This document shows positions 11,901 to 25,200 of a stretch of DNA of 64,000 nt, piece after piece. Numbering within the stretch: position 1 is the first letter of the stretch; each line of letters opens with the position of its first letter. Source of the DNA: Ramazzottius varieornatus (lineage: Eukaryota > Animalia > Tardigrada); NCBI GenBank assembly GCA_001949185.1, contig BDGG01000003.1, positions 4,399,092 to 4,463,091 on the forward strand. The letters run 5' to 3'. Under the pieces are notes generated by a model that saw only the letters and a program-made list of their open reading frames with translations, did no database searches and had not been told where the DNA came from. The translations under genes and the position numbers were made by a program.

Positions 11901-12437
11901 CTGATGCGACTAATTTGTCCAAGCAGGTGATACACACGCTGCTCATGAAGCTACCGAGGCCATCTGGGCGGACAACGTGGTTTTACCCATCCTCAAAAGT
12001 GGTGGGGCTGCTGGAGGAGACTACGACTTCCGGATGGACAAGGTACGCCAGTGTTGATTGGGGGAATCGTCTTTCCGTATTTTTCTCTTTGTGAAACTTG
12101 ATCGTACTAAATTAAGATTGAGCTGTTTCTACCTGTGGTGCTGGTGTAGGCTCCGGCTGGTGTGAGTGAGGAACATTGGGCTGTCATCCGGTCGAAAGAG
12201 TCTGCAGATAGCGACATCGCGGTTGCCGTCAGAGAGATTGTGGCTGGTCTTTTGCCCAAGACGAAAGACGGAAAGAAGCCCAGAACACCTCGAACTCCCA
12301 AAAGTAAAGCTCAAGTACCGCTTACGCCTTCATCGTCCTACTCGTTACGCGATCGCACTGGCCGAAAGCGCATCTTCGAAGAAGACTCTCCCATCACCGA
12401 AGAGGGCTCTTCCACTCTTTCCAACTCAAAGTTTTGA
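8964..12437 (+). CDS. TIR-TIR-SLOG multidomain protein (about 12 exons)
   Basis: Exons ~8964-9201, 9399-9518, 9576-9617, 9701-~9891, ~9940-10090, 10302-10613, 10678-10779, 10946-11065, 11135-11229, 11294-11474, 11705-11846, 11927-12042, 12150-12437. TIR1: FLISY..VFLD..DWQD..YGETLWTNREVKLAD. TIR2: EAGMVVLVLSAAFASSSICKHFLFYVERRKRIIPV. SLOG: VYISGSG / VATGGLLGVG / ILIDGDTHAAHE / VLPILKSGGAA. Confidence 0.8.
9233..9350. repeat. Palindromic element family A (type copy), intron of TIR-SLOG gene
   Basis: GCTCGACAAACAAGCTCGACCAG..AAGTGGCGCAC-N25-GTGCGCCACTT..CTGGTCGAGTTTGTTAGCCGAGC. Confidence 0.9.
10135..10245. repeat. Family A palindrome, intron of TIR-SLOG gene
   Basis: Core inverted pair, 25-nt spacer 10175-10199. 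Confidence 0.8.
11543..11650. repeat. Family A palindrome, intron of TIR-SLOG gene
   Basis: Core inverted pair, 25-nt spacer 11585-11609. Confidence 0.85.
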
Positions 12438-12950
12438 ATCTCACGTCAATATATCGTAATACTTTTTCTTGTTCAGTTAACTTTGTCCATAATTCCATAA
12501 CGTATTAATTTTTCGTTCGTTTTTTGTTGAGTTGAGTTTTACAGCGATTCAACTTAATATTCGATCACTTTCCGATTCTTCGCAGAAGTTCCTAGCGCTA
12601 GCTTTCCTGATGTTTTTATTGTGGTTTGCAGCTTGAAGAAAGATCGTTTACATTTTCTGAACGTAGCTCTAAATTTTTGACGAAGTTGTTAGTAACATAT
12701 TTGTTCGGCCCTTTTTTGGCCATCCATCAAACAGAAAAATAAATGTTGAAAAACGTGTGAGGCACTTGAAAACAACCCTTCGCCTTTTCGGATAAATACA
12801 AACGTAATTCCATCTAACGGAAAAATTCACAAACGAAAAGACAGTATAGTCAAACCAGAACAATATCGAATCGACAGAGCCGAAACTGGAAATTTTGCCG
12901 GAAAAGATCAACCACACAAAGAAAGGCCAAATTTAATTTGAAAGAGTGTC

Positions 12951-15146
12951 TTATGGAGCACAAGGAATAGGTCTAAGAAGGAAGATTTCTCGATCGCCAG
13001 AAAGGAGTGGTTCTCGCGAGGACAAGTGTACGTCAATGAGATGAGGAACCGACAGGAACTCTTGGTTCTTGGTACGAACTATCCCGTCATAGTCAACCAG
13101 AAGAATGTGTGTGCGAGTACCGAGATGAAAGCCACTGAGGACGTACTGTTGATGTGGAGCTGCTGGACCGTCAACTGTAGCTGAAGCACTAGCTCGCACG
13201 AGGAAGTCGCCGTCGTTTCTCAGTAAAGCTTCGGCTTCTTTGCGAGACATCTTGCCGTGGAACCAAGAGAAGGACTCGAGGTCCGGGTAGATGAAATGAT
13301 CCATGTTCCTCACATCGAATGGATCTGCAGAAAACATCCACCAGTCAAGAAACGCTACTTCAAAACGAGATGTGTCGGTGAAAATACAAAAGCTCGGCGA
13401 ACTAACTCGACAAGTTCTCTTTCCCAAGTGGCGCATGTTTGCCGTCTTGTTGGCTGGTGCCATGCGCCACTTGGAACAATCAACAAGGCGGTCTCCCGTT
13501 GTGGCGCACTTTTTCCGTGCTATCGGCTGGGAGCGTGCGCCACTTGGAGAAGCAAGCTTGTCGCATTTGTTTGGCTAGGTCCCACACCAAGTGGGGTTTG
13601 CTTATGAATTGACAGCAAGGTACCTCGGTTCTCCGCAAGTCGGTGAGAGGGCTGGGAACGTTTCGAAGGCTCCTTCTGAGTTTCCAGGAACTCGAGAAAG
13701 TCCTCGTTCTTCTTCGGTTTGTCATAGGCGGGCGAGTTCAAGTCGATCAGGTTGGCATCAGGACGGGACGAGCCACCCGGAAGAGTGTTCGTCGAGTTGG
13801 AGAGCTGCAACGCCTTCACTTCGGTACGGGTCTTTGAATTATCATTTGCCGGCTTGGAGTTTTCCTCGGCGTTCATTTCTGAAAGCACACACCACACTCT
13901 TGAATACTTTGATCCAAATAGAGACGAAACCCCACCAGATTGTCTGCCCAAGTGGCGCACGCTTCTAGCCAATAAAACTACGAACGTGCGCCACTTGGAG
14001 AACGATCTAGAGTTTGTTAGCGAGTTTCCAATCGATTTTGACGAGTCTTACCTGCGTCTGGTGCAACTTTACCCGGCATATCGTTGTAGTACTCGGCGTC
14101 AGCTGGCGGAAGTTTGGCCGGAGGTTTGCGTTTCTCCGCGGCAGGTGAGGATGTTGGCACGATGTCCGGAAGTTTGCCTGCTGTGCTGGTGGACAGTCGG
14201 ACCTCCGAGTTGGGTCGTGCGTGTTGATGGGGCTGGTCTCCACTGGTCTTCAGGTGCTCTTTGAAGCGCAGGTCAAACGCTTGACCGATGGTGGCCACGC
14301 AGTCTGCTGTGGCCGCCGTGCCACATTCGATCACGTAACACCAACGCGAAGAGCCACTTGCCTCGCCACCACCGCCGCTTTGCTCGTTGTTTTTGCCCAC
14401 GTAGGCCATAAAATCCATCGTTTCAGCGTCACCACCAGATGCAAAACTGATCTCTGGTATCTCGTGAGAGGCAATCATCTCGCCGTCGAGCGTGATAATC
14501 TGCATTACGAAAAACACATGGCTTGAAATTATCGTAAGTTTCATAACACATCAAAAAGAAATGAACCACGATTACACCTGCACACCGGAACCCCAGTGCC
14601 GCACACGCACCTAGCGTATGCCGGTGGTTGAAAGACAACAAACCCAACTAACCCACTTCAACCCGCGCGCGGCTACACCAACCACGTGCCGTGCTTCGTG
14701 ACGACGAATCAACAATTAAAATTCCATGCGTTTGATGCAAAAAATGAAAAACGAAAGAAATTTCCGTAAAAAATTCTAAAGATTTTTCCTACCTTCAAAC
14801 TGTCAACGCTGACGAAGAGATCGACGTCCGAGTTGGCATTGGTCAAGTCCACAGTACCCAGAACCTGCTGGATGCGCTTGTCCGTCTTGCGTTTCCTGGA
14901 AGAAGCTGTGATGCCTGTTGCCTCGCATACTCGCGCAATGCATTCCTTGGCCACCAGTGCGCGATCGCTGAATTCCAGAGTTCGCATGGATATGACAATC
15001 GACACTCTGCCCACGTAGCGAACACGGAAAGACTTGCCTTTACGTAACTGCTCCTCACTGGTGTTCCATTCTCGTTCCATCGTCTTGTTGCTGAAGCCGC
15101 CGTCGCTGTCCCGACTCAGATCACCAGCTGTTCCACGTAGAGGCAT
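12951..15146 (-). CDS. Shc: SHC-transforming adaptor protein (PTB + SH2)
   Basis: PTB: VRYVGRVSIVISMRTLEF and ASHEIPEISFASGGDAETMDFMAYVGK; EYYNDMPGK Grb2-type site; SH2: WFHGKMSRKEAEALLRNDGDFLVRAS. About 4 coding exons; start codon tentative. Confidence 0.92.
13392..13580. repeat. Family A palindrome, dimeric form, Shc intron
   Basis: Two tandem core inverted pairs inside one pair of outer arms. Confidence 0.85.
13922..14025. repeat. Family A palindrome, Shc intron
   Basis: Perfect core pair, 25-nt spacer 13961-13985. Confidence 0.85.
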
Positions 15147-16170
15147 TTCCGCAGTTGGGAATCCGGAAATATCCGTTTGGAAGATTCCCCAAGGATCACA
15201 GACGCATCAAGATGAACTGAGCAACCTGAAAGAAATCCAAGAGTCAATGAAGTGAGAATCGCGTGAAGAAATCTGGTCGATGTCGTTCTCGGAATGGCCT
15301 CATATCAGTGAAACCAAAACAAGGCATCAACACCAGATGGCTTATCTGCATGGCCACTGTGCTGTATGTCATAACGCCCCACCCACCCATCTCGCACTAC
15401 GTATTACATGACAACATATACATTCACATCTGCATGCTCCCTGTTCCTCCTTCGGGGTCCACATGTCCCAATTGCCCTTTCTACTTACATAAACAATACG
15501 TTAGAGATCAAGAAGATGAAATACGCGGTAGATTAAGAAGTACAGTTCGCAAACGACACAAATATAAAGCGTGGTCAGCAGACGATCAATAGCTTACTAT
15601 GAGCCGGCTTGAGCACTTTACGTAAGATTTTCTATTTTGCCTAAAAGACCACGTGCAATGTCGTGCAGATTTTGCCGGATCCTCTTCGTCTAAACAATTC
15701 TCTTGGGCGACAATGAGAATATAGTTTAAGGGTGCCGGTTGCACGCTCTTGTTTAAAATCTCATATGAGTCATTCGAAGTATACCGCGTCTGCTTTTTGG
15801 GTGTGTATGTGACTCACCCAATTCTGCCGGCATTGCAGCTGCCGCAGCTCATCAGCCAACAGATGGTTATGGAATATGAATTTAGCTCATGGCGGCGCCA
15901 CGGCAAACCCTTTGCTTATGGAGATAACCGGAACATAATCTGTTAAAAAGATTACAGTGTGAATAAACATCCACGAAGTTTTATTTTTCGTTTGTTTGGT
16001 TTTTCTTGTTGAAGCACTATTCGTTTTCTAGAAACCGCTGCCTTCGTTCTTTCCATTTTCTACAAATAAAATTGCCCCATTGCGCTGTACAAAGAAGCTG
16101 AACTGAGCATCGAGATGTGGCAGCTTCAGAAGAATCACAGAAAAAATTCATTCAGACTGTGGGAAACTAA

Positions 16171-19100
16171 TCAAACAATTTCTTCCATGTCAACGTCAGA
16201 GTCCACATCGGCCAAGTGGCCATCGGTGGTTTCCTGCTCGTTCTCCCCGTCGAGTCTCGGCGCTTCCATGATGACCAGACTGTCTTCCTCTTTGAGCGTG
16301 GTTCCTCGTAGCGACTTGGGCACGTACGCGTCGACCGAGGGCCTTTCGATGTAAGAACCGATGTTCGGGATGTTCCCTACCACACAGGCGCTGAGAGCGC
16401 TGCGAAAAAGACTCATACTCGCGCACTCTTCCCACTCGTTGGTCTTCTCGTCGTAACACTCCACGTTGACGATAGCTACAAAGAGTCTTCCATGATTACA
16501 TTACCCTAACTTACCTTATGTTTCGCCGTAAGTCAATTAGAACGTCGGCAAATGATTTCACCCAGATCGTTTTCCCAAGTAGCGCATGCTCTCGACCAAT
16601 AACAGTGAGGGCGCACGTCACTTCGGAAACGATCTGGGTGAATTCATTTGCCGAAGCCCCAATTTACTTTTATCGCAGTTCTTACTTGTGACGCCGTTGA
16701 ATCCGCCCACTGCAAAGATTTTGTTGTCCAAAAGCTACAGACATAATGAAACGAATTAGTGACAAATAATTTACAGTGTCAGGAAAAAACGTGGGTGTAC
16801 TTGGACAGCGTAGTTACTCCGAGGATTGAGCATGTCTTTGATGGCGGTCCACTGGTTCGTTGCTGGGCTGTACCGCTCTCCGCTGAGCATTCGCGCTACC
16901 CCGTTGAAGCCGCCCACGGCGTAGATGTACCCGTTGAGAGCACACGCACCTACACCACTCCTCCGGTTCCTCATCGGCTGGATGAACTCCCAGGTGTCTA
17001 GGAGGGGGTCGTAAACTTCACCTGACTGCAGGCATTCCTGCCCATTGAACCCTACATCCCAGAACTTTACCAAAAGTTAGAAAATCTTTTTGTAATTTCG
17101 GAGCTCGGCAAACAAGCTCGACCACATCCGTATCCCAACTGACGCACTCTTCCAGTCAATATCACTGACAACTTGCGCCACTTTGTATAATCTTATCGAG
17201 CTTGATTTTTCAAGTGGCGCATACCTCCAGCCAATTTCAACGAGAGCGTACGTCACTTGGAAAAATGATCTGGCAAAGTCTTTTTGCCAAGCTGTCGTTT
17301 GAGAAAGTATCAGCCTCACCTCCAATCATGTAAATCTTGTCGTCCATAACACACGACGACCCGTCTGACCGCTGGGAATTCATGGATGCCACGAAGCGCC
17401 ACTGATTCTTGCGAGGAGAGTACCGTTCGACCGTTGCCTGCCTAGCCTGTCCTGTTCAAAACACGCATGATTTTACTGTGGAATGTGCTTTCATAGATTG
17501 TTCTACCAGAACGAAACGATTTCTCACGTGATTCTCCGTCGTACCCGCCCAGAGCATAAAGATGACCCTTCGCGGCTGTCACGCTGACGTAGCATCTTCT
17601 GGTCTGCATGGGCGAGATCTCTATCCAGGACCGGGTGGCGGGATCGAAGGCTCTACAAGTGTTGAAGTAGCTGATACCGTCGAACCCGCCGATGGTGTAG
17701 ATGAGACCGTTGAGCACAGCTAGACCGTGGTACGCCCTTGGTCCGTTGCGATCTCCCACGTTGGTCCTTATCCATCGGTCAGCTCGGCAGTCGTAGCATT
17801 CGATGAGGTTCGTTGGCGATCCACCTGACCAGCCACCCATCGCTGTTCGACCAAACAGAAAACAACCAGGTTGAAAATTTTTTTATGAAAAATCGGAATT
17901 GACTTGCGTGATATTTAATGATCACATTTCGGAACTCGGCAAACAAATTCCACAAGATTGTTTTTCCAAGTAATGCATAGTTTTAATGATACCGGCTGAA
18001 GGCGTGCGCCACTTGATCAATCTGATCTTGTCGAGTTCGACGGTTTTCGTGAGTGGCGCACCTTCTCGGTGTTAGTGACGGTGCGCCACTTGGCAAAGCG
18101 TTTGGCCGAGTTGGTTTGCAGGGCTGCCGTCTTTTCTTAAATTTTTACTTCGGAAATTTCGAAATTTATTTGTCGGTGGAAATTATGAACAGTGTTAAGG
18201 TTGGGTACGTATTGTGATTATTTTGGATATCGTATTATAGGTGTGTGTAAACCGTGAACCGGAAGTACCGAACATGATCTCATGCGGCGCTCTTGACCTG
18301 GTGATGTACACATCGTTTGGGTCTTGTTCCGGGTTTTTGTTGAGGTCAAGGTCGTAAATGTACTTTAGCGCCGATATGATGACCGGCTTGCATTCATTAT
18401 CAAACTCTTTCAGGTACGGACTGCTCTTGATCTTCTCCATGAAGTACTGCGAGTTTATTAAACCTGAACGAAGCGCCGGGAGAATCTGGATGATGGCTTT
18501 CTTCCTGCTCTCGCGATCCGTTTCGATCCACTGCACTACAACAACAGTCATCACAAAACAGTTTCAATTTAAATCAAAACGTAAAAAGTGATAAACTTAG
18601 GATGGGATCTCGTGACTTCGGTAAGTGAATGCATCCGGATCATTTGCCCAAGTGGCGCACGCGCTTGGACAATGACAATGAAAACGTGAGCCAGCTTGAA
18701 AAAGTGATCTTGCCGAGTAGCGAACGTTCTCATTCTTATTGGCCGAGAGTGTGCGCCACCTGGGATAACGACTTCGGAACTCGGTTAGATCGCTTTCTCA
18801 AGTGGCGCACTGTCCCGTTGTCGCTGGCTGAAACTCTGCGCCATTCGGCTGAATGATCTGGAGTACTCATTAGCCGAGGTCTCTGTTTATTGACAAATGT
18901 CCAAATGAAATATCAATATTATTTTTAGTTTGAATTTTATATGATCTTTTGATTGGACCAACTGCAGAGAGTTCCTCCACGCCGTCTACCAACCAATCGC
19001 TTCCCAAGCCTCTTCCTCCTTGCTGACGTTGAGCATGTCATGTTTCAGCAGGTTGATCAGTTCGTCAACGGTAATGTTGTTAAACGACGCCGTTCTCCTA

Positions 19101-19925
19101 ATCTCTGAGAAATTCTGGAGGAGATTTTTTAGGGCGTAAAACTTCAGCTCAGGTATGCCGATGGCTTCCGCGAACCGGTGTACTTCGATGGAGTTATCAG
19201 GGTCGATGTGATCTCGCATAAAGTCCACACAGGCATTCAACAAACCCAGCATGGAAAACATATCAGCGGCTATCAAAGCTTGCTGGACATTGTCAGCGTT
19301 GATGTTGGCTTTGCGGGTGTATGCATAGTCAACGAGAACCTCCATAAACTCTTTGGTTATATCCTGAAAATTCGTGATCCAACGATCCCCCCGATCGTTG
19401 GCGGCTTGGGCCGTCGGACGAAGAGGAGTGGTGAAAAGAGCTCGAAAATAAGGACTGCATGACGATAAGATAGCGCGGTGAACCTTCAACAACAATACAG
19501 ACGCATTACAACCAGACCAAAACGTGAAACTCGCGACCTCCGGTTAGCACTTCCGGTGGGGTTCTCTGCAACCTGCAGCTTCGGGAAACGTTTAGTTTCC
19601 GACACCAAAACGAACATACGGACTCTTTGCAACGCGAAAGAGTTAAGCAAGTTCAACAGACCGGCGCCGCGAGATTGTTCTCAGATTTTTCGAGTGACCG
19701 GAGTGAGAATTTCGATCAATAGAGCAATCCCGGTAACGGTGTAGGTAAAAATTCGAAATTAAAATTCGGGAATATTCCCATTGTTACCTTCAGATTGCCA
19801 TCTGCGAGGACTAATTCGGCATCACAGAGCTGGCCCATCTTACGCATATCATTGAGAAGTTCCAGCGCCTCGGAGGAGTACTTTTGGGATAAATCATAGC
19901 GCCGTTGGCCGAGTAAACTCGACAT
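16171..19925 (-). CDS. KLHL10: Kelch-like protein 10-like (BTB-BACK-Kelch)
   Basis: GQLCDAEL|VHRAILSSCSPYFRALFT (BTB); BACK EEEAWEAI; kelch GGWSGGSPTNLIECYDCRADRW..GPRAYHG, characteristic of KLHL10. Confidence 0.85.
16544..16654. repeat. Family A palindrome (variant arms), KLHL intron
   Basis: 28-nt outer arms 27/28 complementary; decayed core. Confidence 0.85.
18616..18879. repeat. Family A palindrome, trimeric form, KLHL intron
   Basis: Three successive core pairs. Confidence 0.75.
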
Positions 19926-21143
19926 GACGCGCGAGCGGTGGCTGGCGCAGGCTCCTTAGCCCAAATGGGGGGTCGCTAGCGCTCTTCGCCGGACAATTGA
20001 GTAAAGAAAATAGTTCAGCAAATCTTAGGGAATAAGTGCTACTGGAACATCCCTGTCCTACTGGATGTTCAAACAGAAAAACACTCACAATCTTCCCACC
20101 GAAACGCTCCCCCGTACGCGTTCAAGCCGCAGAGTTGCTGGGCATACACGTGACCTTTACCTATCCAAACCTACACCGCTCGACCAAGGGCGAGCTCACA
20201 TCCCTTCTCGGCACGACCTCGCGGTCCTCATCAAGAGAATCACAACATTTTACCACCCTACAGGTCCGGTTGCGGAGACCGGCTAGTTGACCGAGGTTTT
20301 TATCTCGTATTTCGCACAACTCACCGGTCGGTTTGGATATCGATTCTGTTCCCGACTCCTTCTTCCGCTCGGTCAAGCGAAGAAATCTGGCGGTTGCTGC
20401 CGATCGTATGTCGAATTCGGACGTTTCGCATTCAAAAGCGCAATCCTGGCAGACGAACGTCGGCAAACGGTCGTTGTCTCAAGTGCGCACGTTTCCATTG
20501 TTGACGGCTGAGAGCGCGCGCCACTTGGATGCTGTAATCAGTTTGGGTGAATACGTCTGCCGACGTCTCAAATGCTCATTGTAACATCATTTGTGAGGTC
20601 TTCTATATGAGTATGTGAAGCACGTCTTCTACCGCATCTATCGATAGATGCTCCGAAACATCAATGAGAGGTAAAACGGTAAAACCGAAGTTTATGAGCT
20701 GTGACAATTTCCAGAATGCAAAAGCCTCGGCCTCGGTGACCTGATGGTCACCACAATAAGACCTTGCACTGGTGGGGACCTCTGCTGGCAGTAAGCAGAC
20801 CTCTGAAGACCCGCAAAATATTCTCGCTACGCCGCATCTCTCTGTCGACGTCAGAAGCAAACATGGTGATCTCTGATCTCATACCGATCGAAAATGATCC
20901 TCCTTTAGACAGCATACTTCTCCCAAATATTCAATAAATATGCGCAACACCCTGCCCTGTGTCTCTCTTTTGTATTTACCGCTCGGGAACCCAGGCTTTC
21001 TTCTGCGGCATCCCCGAGGTCTCTCAGGGCTATCAAAAGGACGTTTTGACGCCGCTTAAGTCAACACTGTTTCTGTTAGTCGCAGCCTCATCCAGTTTCA
21101 GCCTTTTCTTCCTCGAATATCCCGTGGAATATCACTGCGATCG

Positions 21144-21211
21144 CGCTCTCCTTAGGATGTGTTCGATAATCTGCACACGCTCTCCTTAGGATGTGTTCGA
21201 TAATCTGCACA
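21144..21211 (+). repeat. Perfect 34-bp tandem duplication
   Basis: CGCTCTCCTTAGGATGTGTTCGATAATCTGCACA x2. Confidence 0.95.
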
Positions 21212-22245
21212 AACAGCCGATATATTTTTATTTCGGCTTTTAAAGAAACGTCCCGTAGCGAATCTAGCACCACTCAGACCAGTCCAATGTTCATTTCTAA
21301 TTGTGATGGAGGAAGCACGTTCGTTCCTTATGTAGGTCGTGGGGAAATTTCATTGAACTGAACCGGATCCTTATCTCGAGTGGCGCAGGCTTCCACCCAC
21401 TACCAATGAGAATGTGCGCCACTTGAGTTAACGATCAGAGTCATTTCAGCGGCGAACAGTCTCATTGTTATTGGCTGAAACGATGCGCCACTTGGAAAAC
21501 TAATCATATTTTCGTACTTTCTAAAAGGGTTTTCCTTCCATTTGATTCTTCATAATGTAGGTTTGACACCAAGCTGTACCCTTCGACACTTCCTCAATGA
21601 GCCCTGAAATTACTTTTGGCTGAAACAGACGAGTTTGAATTGGAGTTACAAAAGCAAGTGACTCGAAGTACAAACTACAAGTATAATCTCTTATAGTAAA
21701 TTCCCGCAGGGTCCTTTGCGCCCCGAAGGAACCGCGCTTTTGTTGTATAGAAAACATATGGGTACTACGGCTACTGTAAGACGAACCGTGAGCGCCGTGA
21801 TATGTGAGTGAATACAGAAAAATTCGATCCGTATGAGCAGTTCACCTCGGAGAACACACACATGCAGACGAAGGATCCAGATACTGTACAGTGATCGTTT
21901 ATGTAGAGGACAAGTGTACTATAATGAAGTTATCGGCAGCTAAACTTGCCCATTCTTTAGTAGCTCGATCTGTGTCCCACCACTACTGTACGGCCCTCCA
22001 TAATTTAGGGTAGATACTAAAGTTCGATCGCCATTGACATCAACTTTTCATCTTTTTTGAAGAACTGTAGGATTTCTTACTAGGCTGGACAAGGAAGCTG
22101 ATCCATTTGCCCTATTTATCGACTATTTTATCGTCGGACCATATTTTCAACTACTTCATAATTCGAAGCCTGGATCCTAGAAGGATTTTTCCTGACCTTT
22201 ATCCCTGCGTTATGATACTCAGAAGTGTGAAAAACCCCATTGGAA

Positions 22246-25200
22246 ATGACAGCATCGACCACTTTGTTCTTCCTGGTAACATTATTGATGTTTCTCCTGA
22301 CAGGTAATCAAGACCAATAGCTCTGTAAACGATCTCTGGGAAGTCATTTTGAAGTGACGGAAGTTTCATATCAGTTTAGTCGATGAAATGAACTATCAAG
22401 AAAATCGACCTCACAACTCCACCTAAGCCTGTCTTCAGCGATAAGTTTATCTTCCTACATCGAGTGGCGCAGGTTCCTCTTTGGCTAATTGACCGTAAAA
22501 AGCTAAGGTCGATCGGTGAGAGCCTCATCACTCTTAGCGAGAAGTCTATCCCGTTTACCGAACAGAAAAATTATCGATGTTACTCAGTAAAACGATGTCT
22601 AAAATTCGGCAATATTCGTCCGATAAGTCATCAAGCTGATGAAATTTGGTACACGTCCGAAATATCGACGACAATACTTTTTACTGTGATGGAACTCTCG
22701 AAAGTAAGATCGACGTGGATCGGCTTTCCGGCTTTTTTGTGCGCTAAGTACCCTTCGCGCCTGGATGGGCGATCCCTAGAGTATACAGTGTTTTCCGCTT
22801 ATTCGCCATCTGTCATTTAGCAGAAGTTAAGACTTCGTCAGTCTTACTTAGAGGCCCGAATCCACGTTCCTTAATCATAATCTGGATCTGTGAACTATTG
22901 TAGGTCGTTTTCCCTAAACTTGTCTAAACTGATGATTATCAATGGGCGAGTCGGAATCTAAACGCCCATAATGAGTATATTTATATGGAACGGGAATCAT
23001 TCCTTTTCAATTGGACTTCCGCTTTTCTTCTACATTGCTCAGTCCGTCGTGCTTCCGACGCGACAAGCATTCCACCATGTCAAATTCAGGAAACCAACCG
23101 GGTTCGAAAATACCGGCATGGCCAAATCTCGCCAAGACCCGAATGACGGTAGCTCCTTCTTGCAAGATTCCAATAACAAAATCTGGTAGCTCAGCAAACA
23201 AACTCGACCAAATCGTTCTGATCGAGCTTTCACCGTTTACGATATTTCCCAAATCTTGCAGAAATAGTTTCGAAGGATATCTGACGGTATTGGAACTGTA
23301 CTGAACTGATTCGTTTAGGCTTTTGAGAATTTAGAATAGAACCACCATTGATCGACCTGGAAGTTGTTACGGTTGGGAAGAGCTCACCGGAGTCCTTCGC
23401 CGCTCTTTCGAAACCTTCCAGATAATTAATGCAAACATTTACTCTGTAATTCGTTGAGCAGCCGCCTGAAACGTGCAGAGTGTCTGCGACTACGCATAAT
23501 CATCGACTAAACCCGAAGGAAACTTTGCCTGACAGTGGGGTGCCCTATGCATCATCCTTCGATCAACTTGTTAATCCTGGATAACTTTTTCCAGATTCCT
23601 TTATGCTTCCGTCCAACATCTCCGGGTACATGCGACCCAAAGCGGAGCAAACCGATGAGCAACGTCTACTCTACACCTTACTTAGAGGCTACGAAAAGAG
23701 CGTGCGACCGGTGCGGAACGCCTCAACCCCCATTGTGGTTCGCCTTGGAATAACCCTCACGCACCTTTTCGACCTGGTAAGATGTAACTAATCAAGAACC
23801 TCTAGACGAAAAGCCTTCCACTTTATCACGAATCAAACCCACTTAATATCGCTCGAAAAGAGTAGACTGAACTCAACCAGAAGAATCTTCCCGGGTCCGC
23901 ACCAGAAAATCACGTCTACAAAAAAAGATAGCATGTACAGTGCACGCGAAAATTAACCGTCGATAATGGGTGTAACGCTCGAGCTTATTTGTGGTCTAGC
24001 CAATGACCGCTATAGCTTGATACATGAGGTAATTTCATCGTCTATCCCCATCTGACTCCATCCAACACCCATTTTNGACGGTTAATTTTCGCGTGCACTG
24101 TAGATTAAAAAACATGATCGCTCTCAAAGTGGCGCACGCGTCCAGCCATAATACATTGAGCGTGCGCCAGTTCGGGAAAACAGTGTTGTCAAAGTTTCCA
24201 AGTGGCGCACAGTTCCAGCTAATATCGTTGGACCTGTGCGCCACTGGGTTGATTGATCTGCACAAGTTCAACTGCCGAGCTCCCAGATCAGTCCCTTGAA
24301 AGTATTTCGATTGATAGTACGTCCCCTAATAAAATATTTGTCATATTGAATGGAACTAACTGGTGAGAAACGCATATGGTTTTTCTTCAAGGGAAAAGAA
24401 TAGCCATTTAGCGGTCCGTTAAATTCCGTCGGCATTGAATATGTATGTTATGGGGTAAAACTGTCAAGATGTCGAGCCAGCTGCCTGCAACCCATGTGAA
24501 ACATGTCCTGATCGTCAGGAAATTACTTTTAAATTGACGCGGTCTTCTGCCTAACGAAGGCCGTACGGCGTGCCTCATCCCAAAGAAAGACCTCAGAATG
24601 ACAGCTGATTTTATTGCTTCACACAAGCAGCCCATTCTAAGCCAAACAACCGATTTCGCTCCTGTCTAAAATGATCGCTAATTGAAATTTCTTTCCATTA
24701 AAGGACGAACGCAACCAAGTCCTAACAACCATGATCTGGCTGGACCAAGAATGGTAAGACTCTTCCTCGTTATAGCCTCACGCACAACCTGAATCAAAGA
24801 TTTTATGACGTAATGTTACTAATGTAGGTATGACGAGCTTCTAACGTGGAACCCATCAGACTACAACGGACTGACTGTCTTACGGACTCCATGCGAACTA
24901 CTCTGGCTTCCCGACATCGTCCTCTACAACAAGTAAGTCGACTTGATTAGGCACAGCCAAAATCATGCTGAGAACAGCGGGAATCGGCTGGAAAAACTTC
25001 CTGTTATCCCATCACATTAGTTAGGCTGCGCCAAACGAAAGAAGGCTGCTCGGCGAACAACTCAAACAGATCATTTCCGAAATGGCGCACGTTTTTGTTT
25101 TATTGACTGGTGACGTGCGCCTTTTGGTAAAACAATGTGGTTGAATTTGTTGCCACGCTCATGAATTATTCTGGTTGTTTTCCTTAGCGCCGACGACTAT

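Noticed and set aside
8964-12437. Bacterial contamination as the source of the TIR-SLOG gene
   Set aside because: It has many spliceosomal introns carrying host repeats and is flanked by animal genes
13752-14264. 170-aa plus-strand ORF and the recurring KWRT/VRHL/CAT peptides in many ORFs
   Set aside because: Antisense to Shc; the recurring peptides are translations of family A repeats
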